Positions 13,161-23,530 of a stretch of DNA of 64,000 nucleotides are shown piece by piece (positions within the stretch are counted from its first letter, which is position 1; each line of letters opens with the position of its first letter). Source of the DNA: Dimorphilus gyrociliatus (Eukaryota > Animalia > Annelida); assembly GCA_904063045.1 (NCBI GenBank), contig CAJFCJ010000007.1, forward strand, positions 1,208,510-1,272,509, read 5' to 3'. A program made the translations under genes and the position numbers. The notes below the pieces were generated by a model. The model was not told the DNA's origin and ran no database searches. It was given only the letters and a program-made list of their open reading frames with translations.

Positions 13161-13818
13161 AACTAATAAAAAACGTTCGTGATTATCCATCTCAAATAGG
13201 TGTATATAGTAAATAGTGGTATTGCGCACCATTGCAGAATTGTCAGTAAACTGGGAAATAGAAACGTGTGAAAGGGTCGGTGGAGGAAGAGATAGTGTTT
13301 ATGACAAAAAAAAAGAGAGAAAGGGTCGTAGAAAGAACCAGCGGGGTAATAAAGTGAGAATATAAGAAACATACTTAGATAAATGAATAGTATATAGTAA
13401 AATTACAAAACAAGGTAGATAAAAAGGTTTATATAATATAGTATAAGTGTATTTATATATATATCTTGGTGTATATATATATATATGAATGAATATATTA
13501 GTATAAAGAAAGAAGGAAGAAAAGCGAAATTTATGAAAGCTAACGGAAAGAGATAGATGAATGAACCATATGACAGAGACAAAAAAATGAGGAGATACAT
13601 AAATCGAATGATATTATAGATTGGTGAAATGTGAAATAGATACGAGAATAATGAATACGACAGCTAACAAATTAGCTTCATTTCTACTTATATTTTCCTT
13701 TTGCTGACCGAAAATCTCAAACGGTGCGCAACTAAACACTCGGCGTACGTTGGCGCGGCGCTTAATGAATATTAATGAGAATAGTGGCAAAAGGAGGCAT
13801 ATAAGCGTCGAAACGGCG

Positions 13819-14070
13819 ATGCGCGTCTGGCTGCTCCTTTCCTTATCGTTCCTCGCTTTAGCGCAAAACGTGAAGGCGTCTTGTCGAGGTCGGTGTTTAA
13901 ATGGTGGAGTTATGGTCATGCCGTCGAATATTTTCGCAAGGTGCCATTGTCGGTGCGCTAACAACTTCCGCGGTCCTCGCTGCCAATTTGTGGCAAAACG
14001 TTCTGGCTTGCAGCTACCTTCGCTACTACACCATTTAGCAGTTTATGGAAAAGATAAAAGTAAAAGGTGA
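13819..14070 (+). CDS. Small secreted precursor of an atypical EGF-like peptide (signal peptide - 39-aa six-Cys peptide - KR cleavage site); 3' end may splice on at 14066/14067
   Basis: ATG 13819 begins a 20-aa signal peptide MRVWLLLSLSFLALAQNVKA, followed by SCRGRCLNGG..ARCHCRCANNFRGPRCQFVA-KR. A GTGAGT donor at 14067 overlaps the TGA. Confidence 0.8.
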   Translation: MRVWLLLSLSFLALAQNVKASCRGRCLNGGVMVMPSNIFARCHCRCANNFRGPRCQFVAKRSGLQLPSLLHHLAVYGKDKSKR

Positions 14071-15276
14071 GTTTGTTTCAACATATAACGACACCTTAAA
14101 AGCCTCAATTCGCAGTCTCTTGTGTACATTCAACACCTAGTAATTCGTTGGTAGGCGGCTTACTCCTTGTAAATGCCATCTTCTCGGCACGTTCCGCATC
14201 GACAAACTAGATCAATTATATACACGGACGAATGTAAAATGTAAACAGTCAGTCGTGATTTTGAGTACAGGTTGCCTTGGCGCTTCGCAACCCACGCCGC
14301 ATCCTTTTGTAAATAAATCAAAATGACGTTAGCATCGAGTTTCGTCGCGTTGAAAATAATCGGAAAACTCAATTTTCGATTTCGAAGCATAGGGTCAATT
14401 CCATCTGGTAATAAAATATGCAGGGCGGTATCTTTTGGTCAAATACATTCGTTCTCAGCTAATTACAGTATTTCCGGTTCAATTCACGGTTTGTACAAAA
14501 CGTAAAAGCGATTCGAGAAAACGTTCATAAATTATGGATAGCGTAGATATCAAACGGCACCTATAAATGTCATCAGTTGGCAAAATATAATCATACTGCT
14601 CTATATTTTTACTACAGATCCGGATGGGAAATACTTCCGCGATGACGGAGTTATTTTTATAGACTTCATTTTACTTGTTTATCTCACTTATAGTAGAAGG
14701 ATAATACACTAAAATGTTCTCTCGCCTCTATATCTTTATTCGCGTAGCTTCCACGAATTACAATTATCTATTCATACGATTGATGTCATAAGATGAAAAA
14801 GCATATTATCCTAAATCCATTATCAAGTGACCGAGAAAATGAAATAGTATTATAATGTAAAATGGATAGTTCTACACATAAAATCATATTTCTTTGCATA
14901 ATATGGCATCGCACACTTAAAATACAATATTTTGTGTTGGCGCGAAAATATTAAAACGAGTTGTTAACACAGGAAAAAATAATTAGCAAAATCAAAACCA
15001 TTATGTACAATTATACTTTCTTCAGAATTATAAAGTTCAACAAAACAAATGCTTCTATCACAGTGCTAACACAACATTGAGTGTCGTCGACATTTTTTAA
15101 ACATATAACTCTAATGGGTGAAGGGAAATGGTTAATACGCAATGATCCTAGGTAATTGTTTCATCTAATAAAAACACGAACGATCCAAGGCTATGCTTAA
15201 ATTTTTTCCGGTGGTTGACTTCTTTAAAATAGGTGTTATTGGAATGTCTTCTGTTCTACTTACAAACTTTACTAAT

Positions 15277-18200
15277 CTAGAGGGCGCCGAAAGGATCGTT
15301 AACGTTTTGTCGCTGTTGGGCTTGCTGATAATTCGGTGGTGCCATCTGACGAGGTTGTCCCATCATCATTGAATTATTAGGATGCTGCATCTGAGGGCCA
15401 GGCTATTAATAAAGAAAATAGATAATAAACTTATTGCACAGGGGAAAAGGAAATGAATTTTGCACCCAAAAACAACAGATAATTCGGGGATAACGTAGTG
15501 AAGAATAAATAAATTAAAAAAATAATAGATTGAAGTACAACTAACTAACCCAGGGAGTACCATTTGCTGGTGGATGATTCATTACTGCAGGACCGTTATT
15601 ATACATATTGAGCGGTGTTCCAACGGGGAACATTTGATGTTGACCATACATGCCGGATACCTGGGGCTGCATGCCATTTGACATCTAAACACAACGAAAA
15701 CCACATGCGACACAAAAAAAATAAAATATAAGTAAAGTAAATGAAAAATAAATGAAACTCAACAATTAGGAAGACTAATGCATGCATAATTTTGTATAGA
15801 AAGGGAATGGGTGTTATTTTCATTTATTTTCCAAAACTTACCACCATGTGGCCACCTTGACCCACCATATTTGTATTTGGTTGCTGGAAACTCGGCATAA
15901 AGGGCTGCTGTTGCATAGCTCGTCCAGTTAATTGCTTATTTTGACCGCTAGCCGCAGTCCAGTTATGTTCAGTTTTCTTTAGCTATAACACATGGAATTT
16001 CAACGTATAATACAAGTAATATAAGTAGTAAGAGTACCGCGTTCATGTTTCCTACCTGCATTCCTGGCCCGTTTATGTTCAAATTTCCAGCCAAAGACAC
16101 CAAGCTAGAATCCAAGTCGCCGCCTATTAGCTTATGTTGTGGTGTTATAGTGGGCTGAGACGCAGTACCAACAGGAGAAGTTGATTGTTGTTGCGGCTGC
16201 ATTACGTTACCACCAAAGGAATCAAAAGCTGTTTATAAAAAAATAAAAAACCGTATTTTTAATATAAGAACTCATATGAAACAGCTGGATTAACAGAAAT
16301 AAAAAATAAAAATTGAAATAGGAGTTATAAGCAAACATTAAAATCACGCATTTTTGTAATCAATAAACACTCATAACACGTAAAATTAAACATCAAGGAT
16401 CTTAAGGGAGGGGTTTGGTGACAAACCTGCCATAGATGTTTGTTGCGGCTGAGCCATAATAGGAACCGGTTGTGCTTGTTGTACAACTGCAGGTTTAGCC
16501 ATAAAGTCCATTCCGGCTTTAATTTAGTAAAGCATGGGGATCAATTTTAATAATTAGTTTATGGGTTACTAGGATTTCCTAACTTATTAATAATGGAATT
16601 TGGAAAGCTATGGAAAATAATTTTTTTATTTAGTCAATTACCGAGTAAATCTATTGAAGACGATGGTGGCGCTGAAGATGTAACGCTCACCGTAGCGGCT
16701 GCAAAAGTTTGTGATGTTGATAATTTAGAAATTGACGAATATACTAGACGACAACGACATACCGTCTAGTAAAGGTGCTGGGACGCCTGATGGCGCATTT
16801 ACTGGAGATGTTGTAGGAAGAGTGGCTAGAAAATGAAGTTTGGTTAAAACAAGTTACAAATAAGACGCTGGAATTTGTCTGGGGAAACAAAACTTTTGCC
16901 ATACCGGGAGACGAGCTGGGAGCAGGCTTAGCGGCGGCTGTCACGCCCGTTTCATTCAAATATTCTGTTCGGAGCGTTTTAACATATTACATCACAAAAT
17001 ATTGTTAGAAATTGGGATGAAAACGACATAATCATGCCAATTCAAAACCTGACGCGGTTTGTTAATTACACAAAACACTAAAGCGATCGTTGTTCAAAAG
17101 CGATAGAATAGATAAGTGAGACTGAGCATTATGAGAATTTTTCACGCGTTGTACCTGAAGACGGCGAACGAACTGTTTGACCAAAAACGGCGGCAAAATG
17201 ATCATCCGTCGATAACGTTTGCGGTATGGATGTGCAGCCACCGTACGAATTCATCACATTCACCGTACCTGCTATGAAAACGATCAAGAGAGAATTTTTT
17301 CGCTAGATCGCCTAAGCAAGCTTTCAGTCGAGTATCTCAAAGCCTCAACTTGAGGATCGTTACCTGTAGTTTTTTGAGGAGGAGACTGATCGTCAACACC
17401 ACCAAATGGGTTAGCCGATGCATCTAAGCCAATTAAATCATTTGATGCTCCTGAATTAACGGGGTTATTTGGTTTAGCCGCTTGTGGGACTGTTGTGGGT
17501 GCTGTTGTCATGCTTGGAGGATCGGAATCCTTTGAGTGTTGAGCTTTTAATTGTTGAAGATGTCTGCTCTCTTCCTCAATTAACTTTTGCTTATCTTCAT
17601 TCGTAAGATTGGACGAATTGCTCGTCATTGTTGATATAGCTGATGAAACAACAGCAGCGTTGGTTGTTGTTTTCACTCCTTTCTTTCCCTCAAGACTGGC
17701 CAAGTGTTGCTCGAGGGCCTCTAGGAGTGACGAGGGAGCCTGTAATAGTTATTGAAAAAGTACCATATAAACAAAAGTTCTAGTGTTCCACATTAAGGAA
17801 ACATACAGACTGCAAATTAGCGTTCGAAGCCAAAGTCTGTAACATGCAATGAAAAAAAACCGACTGGTACAATATCCACTAAAGGGAAATGAGGGGGGAG
17901 GGGAAGGGATTTGGCTACTAAGTTCTAAAAATTTTTATGTGACGGAGAGGGTAGTCAGATTTACAACAAAGGCTAACGTAGAAGTAACTTAGCTAAGTAG
18001 GACAACATAACTTTTGAATACTCATACCTTTGCTAAATCAGGTATTTCTCCTTTATCTATTCCCATATTCTGAAAAAGAAATAAACAATTGATATATTCT
18101 TGAAGAAAGACTGATCTTGGAAAGCAAGATAAAGATAGATATACCACAATCAAGCAATAGTTAAAGAAACAGAAAACAATATAATAATCTTGTAATTTTT

Positions 18201-20311
18201 GAAAAAAAAGCATAACCGTTTAAAACTGTTAAAGGAAGAGTAAATAAAATTTTTGCATTACACTTTTAAAGCATACTTCAGAATTGATCACTAAGATTGC
18301 ATTTTATCATATACATTGTGGAGAATATTTGATTAAGAAAAACAAATAGATATTTGCTTGTTACTTGATAAATATTGTTTTTGGTTTGATATTTTATCAG
18401 GTGAGATAGAGAGAAGAGACATAATTGAAATTAAAAGCCTTTTTACTACTTTTTCTTGATAGTCAATTTGCTTTTTATAAAAGTTATGAATACCATTTAG
18501 TAATGATTTTTCAAAATAAAAATTCTTGTTACAATATAAAAGTAGCATAAAAGCGATGATTTTTCCTCGAATTTCATCAAAATACTTATGCTAGTGGTTG
18601 CCATACGTAATAAAAACGTTATCTGAAAATCACCTGATGACTATGAGACGAATTTTGCTGTGTAAGACGAAAAACCACGAATTTGATTATCGAAATTACT
18701 TTTAAAATAATTTGTTTTTTTCAAATCAAACAAATCAAGGATGTATCATGCTTAAATCAATTGCTAAAATACCTCAGCAACTTTTAGGAACTCAGAAACT
18801 CTTTCCATGCGATTTAAAAAATTTGTGTAAATTTCAAACGCCGTCTTACAGTGCTTTTTGGTCATATCGAAATATCTTTCTGTTGAGGGTAACAGAAGAA
18901 ACTAACTACTATACAACAAATAAAAGAAAGTAAAATAAAAACAATATTCAAACCAACAATATAATAATTTATGACATATATAGCTAAAGAAAATATATTA
19001 TATTTGTTGGCTTGTTTTTTAGCGGTGCGAAAACTAGAAAGGACTAGATGAAAAGCTAAAAGCATCCATATTCCGTTTAGATGCAACCAAAACAACAGCA
19101 TCCTATACCTCAGCTGTTTTCAAAAATTTAGCAACATTATCCATTCGAGCGACGAATTTTTTGTATATATCCAATGCTTGTTTACATTGTTTCTTGTTCA
19201 TTTCAAAGTACTTCTCTGTAAAAATTGCGGTTTAACCAAGTTTCTCTTAGTTCATTAAGTTTTGCACCGGAGTTTATGATATATAATTGATATAGTTCAA
19301 CTTTTGACTAAGTACTTACCCAGTAAATTAATAATACCATCGTTGTAGCATGCGAATAACCTAATAAGGTCTTTAAAAAGAAGCATAAAAGAAGCATTTA
19401 TGACTCCGTTGCTTAATTCATTGGGAGAGCAGTCAAATTCGAGTAAAGCATCAATCTGACTTTGTAAAACAGGTAGCGACTTTAATAATTTCTCGGTTGC
19501 CATCTTACGTAATAATCCATCATCTTTTCTGTTGAAACAATATAGAATATTCTAATACAGAAAATAAGCGTGGTAACACAATCGAACCGAGCCATAACTA
19601 ATCTGATATTTTTTTTACAAATTTTTATCAGAATGCTTCGAGTTTGGAGAAATTAGGAATTGAGTAAAGTTTTAGCAAGTGTCTAGGTTCAATATAAGCG
19701 GGATTGTGTTATAAAGAGATTCGACTGTAATAAAAATTACCCTCGTTTCACTTTACAAAAATCAAACGCCATATGACGGTACGAGACACATTTTTCACTC
19801 AAGTATTTAGCGTATCTTCTTACAAACGTTGACATGTCGTATCCTGTTTATCAGAAGTAAAAGATAACCAAATATTTATGTTATTTTGGTAATAGAAATT
19901 TATCCTACCCTGCGCCGCTGCTTTATCGAGGAAGTTTGACAGATTGAATGTACAATTATTCGAGGCTAAGTATTGTGTGAATCTTTCGTTTCCGAAGTTC
20001 ATTATGTTATGGATTGTTACTAGAGACTTAAACACAACGACCCAACTCGCATGAGATGTTCTATCAATAAGTAGATTCGCTAGATTCGGAATGGACACAT
20101 TCGGCTCATTCGTACAATTTACTAGGTCTGGAAAATTTTCTGATATAGTTATTTCTCTTAAATTAATAATGCAATATTTACAATCTAAATGTTTCTTTTT
20201 CGGACCCATTATTTCTTCAGTTGTAGCTTTACAAACCGATTTTGCTAAACCTTGGCCGGCTAAGCTGTGTCTTACAGCTTGTACTCGGTCCATCACACTT
20301 TGCCCAGCCAT
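15277..20311 (-). CDS. PICALM: PICALM/AP180 (ANTH-domain clathrin assembly protein), ~715 aa (+10 aa with the optional micro-exon)
   Basis: 16 frame-consistent exons: 20311-20182, 20127-19909, 19843-19741, 19528-19320, 19215-19109, 18069-18028, 17739-17364, 17271-17155, 16964-16905, 16825-16763, 16698-16642, 16516-16427, 16228-16056, 15982-15842, 15684-15550, 15402-15277. Motifs [81 protein letters not shown]-terminal NDPFGAL. Confidence 0.96.
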
Positions 20312-20407
20312 TTTGAAACAATAATTCTAATATCTCTTATTTATTTCTACGAATAATACTTAGTCTGTAATGAAAAAAAAGAATTCTGAGGGGTGTCTTC
20401 TGAATTT

Positions 20408-20440
20408 AAAATGGCGACAGCATACATAAAGTCACGTGAT
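20408..20440. promoter_or_regulatory. PICALM proximal promoter: YY1-like site and palindromic E-box (USF/TFE-type)
   Basis: AAAATGGCG at 20408-20416 and GTCACGTGAT at 20431-20440, about 100-130 bp upstream of the PICALM ATG. Confidence 0.45.
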
Positions 20441-20928
20441 TTTACATTTGTGTGTATGTTTTCGTAATTTTTTTGCAGCGTACATGGCTTAGAGAAGACA
20501 TATTTTGAAGGTTGACGAATTGGCAAATTTATCGACATTTATTTACGAAAATAAATTTTTTTAGCCGCAGTTCCGGTAATGGCGAAAGAAATTATTGGAA
20601 AGAATATTTTACAGCAATTGTAGTATTACTCACAATTTAGGCAAACGCCAATTGCATTTTAAGAAATATAATTATGTGCCTTCGGTGATAAAAAGAATGA
20701 TGACGGTAATTAAAAATATAAATGTTTATATTAAGTTTCCGCCCATTTTTTTACTATTATACTCAAAGCGGTGTTTATGTATATATGAATTTTGATATAC
20801 TATGCATTCTTAGATTTGAATTATTATGAGTAAAAAGCGTCTGAATTGAGCAAGTTTATTAATTTTTATTTGATTGTGTATAAATTATCACACTTATATT
20901 TATATACATACACTCATATATTTATTCA

Positions 20929-20978
20929 TGTGTATTGTGTGTGAATGTGTGTGTGTGTGTGTGTATGTGTGTGTGTAG

Positions 20979-21017
<39 letters not shown>

Positions 21018-21026
21018 TGTATATAA

Positions 21027-21068
<42 letters not shown>

Positions 21069-21102
21069 GTATATAAATTTATATATATATATATATATAT
21101 AT
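20929..21102. repeat. Compound (TG)n/(TA)n microsatellite with an internal duplication
   Basis: TG run followed by TA runs; the block TATATGTATATAAATTTATATATATA occurs twice. Confidence 0.95.
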
Positions 21103-21885
21103 CTGGGATTGAACGGTGTTGGCACGCTACTCCGGTGCAATACTATTTACTGTCCACGATCTGATATATGCTGGTCATAAGGGTGGATGTCGTGTAAACT
21201 GAGAGAATTAATTACGTTGCGAAAAAAATTTACGTAGATATTTGAAATTTTTTTTTTATAAGACAATTTAAAAAAAGAACGAATGTGTAAAATGTTCTAT
21301 TTATTGATGAACTGAATGAAAATGGATGGGAAATTCTTTTCTAAGAATAAAAAATGACGATATACCTTATAAATGTAATGCAGTCCGTTATTTGAAAATT
21401 GTTTAATGGTTTGGCCTCGTAATTAAGCTTGTGACTGATTCATTAAGTACGATTAATGCTGGTTTACTCGTAACGTTATTGCCACAGCAGTACTATGGTA
21501 GTGAATGATAGTGAGTTTATACGTTTATCATACTGATGGTAATATATTGTTTTATTGGGCACGTTGCTGATTTTCTATTTCATTTTGCTATGTTATATTT
21601 TTTTTCTTTGTAAATTCATATTCCTTTATCAGCTGGAAGCGAATAGTACAAACACTTTACGTTTGCATTAAGTTTTTTTGCTCCAACTTAACAATGCTTT
21701 GTCGTTATCCAAGACGATCAATTTGCGCAGCACTCTTTTAATAAGTTAAAGACAATCGGCGAATAGTCGAACGGCGTATGTTGAAAGTACAGATGTTAGT
21801 TATCGATTATGAAGATTATTTATCCAGTTGATATGGCGCAATTACAGTGTTTCCTATTTTCGCAGGTAGGTGGTGCTAGCGTGCA

Positions 21886-22953
21886 ATGTCGACAATAAGA
21901 AATCTGATGTTAAGTTGCGTGTCGGATCGTGCTGGCTCTGCACCTACTCAAGTCGTCAAGTTCAACTCTCCCTTAACGGAAGCTTTTAAATACGGCTTGC
22001 CCACACCCATCATCGACATACTTGTGTACATCGCTCGGGAAGGCGTCACGACGCCCGGCTTATTTCGGCGACCCGGAAACGCTGCCGACCAGCGAGTCGT
22101 CATGAAAAGGCTGGTGGAGGGCAAACCAGTGATTTTGAAGGAATATAACTTTTATACATTGGCTTCTGTGCTCAAACAATTCCTTCTACGCATTCCAGGC
22201 GGCATACTCGGTAGGGAAGCAGAAACGGATTTACTAGCTACTCTTAATTTCAATTCGAAACTCGAACAATACGATCAGATTAACTCCATTTTATCCCGGT
22301 TATCCCAGGCTACTCAACAATTATTAGCTCTTCTTTTTGGAACTTTCTTCCGAGTAACAAATCACGCCGAATTCAATACAATGTCAACTGAGGCTTTGGC
22401 TAAATCCGTAGCTGGATCTCTGTTTCACACTTGCGCTCATTCAAAGGAAGATGTAGAAAGGGCTTCGACTTTGATTCGACTGCTAATAAACGATTTCGGA
22501 GTGCCCTCTTTATTCGGCAACCGAAATATTACCTACTTTTGCCATATAACCAATACTTATATACGCGTTAAGGAACGATTCAGGTACGAAGAGCGGCCGA
22601 CGACACCGTCACCAACCGTTGTACATAGGCATCAACCATTACAAGCGGTCAATTCGGTATCTGCACCTGAAGTATCCACTGCTTGTGAAAATGAAAAATG
22701 TGGAAGCCTCAACAGATTTAATTCCGTCAAGCGTCGTCAGGTTGCTCGAATGAAAGAAAGGAGGAACTGGTTTGAAGGTACCGAAAGTACAACAACTTCA
22801 TTCGCCTCCTCTTCGTCCCAGGCAGCCGATTCGTCCGACTTATTAACTCACAGTTCACCGCCTTCGCCTAATCGGCAAAATTTGCAGCAGTACGCCAACC
22901 GAAACGTACGAGTTGTCTTAGTCGAACGGATATATAAACCGGACTCCTTTTAA
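21886..22953 (+). CDS. RhoGAP-domain protein with a Ser/Pro-rich tail (355 aa, single coding exon)
   Basis: KFNSPL..LPTPIIDIL..EGVTTPGLFRRPG (Arg finger), ASVLKQFLLRIP, NTMSTEALAKSVAGSLF. An in-frame TAG just upstream supports the ATG at 21886. Confidence 0.9.
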   Translation: MSTIRNLMLSCVSDRAGSAPTQVVKFNSPLTEAFKYGLPTPIIDILVYIAREGVTTPGLFRRPGNAADQRVVMKRLVEGKPVILKEYNFYTLASVLKQFLLRIPGGILGREAETDLLATLNFNSKLEQYDQINSILSRLSQATQQLLALLFGTFFRVTNHAEFNTMSTEALAKSVAGSLFHTCAHSKEDVERASTLIRLLINDFGVPSLFGNRNITYFCHITNTYIRVKERFRYEERPTTPSPTVVHRHQPLQAVNSVSAPEVSTACENEKCGSLNRFNSVKRRQVARMKERRNWFEGTESTTTSFASSSSQAADSSDLLTHSSPPSPNRQNLQQYANRNVRVVLVERIYKPDSF

Positions 22954-23530
22954 CAAATGATTGTTTCGATCTCTTTTTGTTTTTCTTTCGGACGTTAGCG
23001 GTTTTAGAGAATGTTTGTTTGCTTGTTATTATACCGGAACTGTATACGTTGTTGTTGTCTTATCTATTTACATACGCTTTAGCTAAAACGATGCATTCAA
23101 CACGTTCTACCTACTTAATTCGTTTAGGACTGGTTGTCTTTTTTTATTCAAAAATTAACAATTTTTTTTTAAAACCGCTAAAAACCTTCAAGACAAAACC
23201 AAGAAAATTGTTTAGTTACTATATTATAGTAAAACAATAACAATTCTTATTTTAAAACAATTCATATATTCTTAATCAGAAAACCTTTATATTTTCCTTT
23301 TAAAGAAAAAATAGTAGAAGGTGCTTGATGGACAAAATTCTCCAATTTACGTTACATTAATGTCTTGTGACATACTGCCTCTTTAAGTGACTCTTCCTTT
23401 GGTAGGAATTACAGTTTTAGCTTTACGTTATAAAATCTGTTACGACATAAATTATATTATTTTTGCTACTAAATATGCAAATTTTTATTGTTGATTATAA
23501 AAAAAAAAAAATTGATTAATGAAATTATGT

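Noticed and set aside
13750-13818. ORF-track N-terminal extension of the EGF-like peptide gene
   Set aside because: It starts at a non-ATG codon; the ATG at 13819 directly begins a clean signal peptide
14939-14947. Perfect E2F-like GGCGCGAAA
   Set aside because: Isolated 9-mer in the convergent 3' region between the peptide gene and PICALM, with no nearby start site
20922-21180. YI/CV-repeat ORFs on both strands
   Set aside because: Translations of the microsatellite
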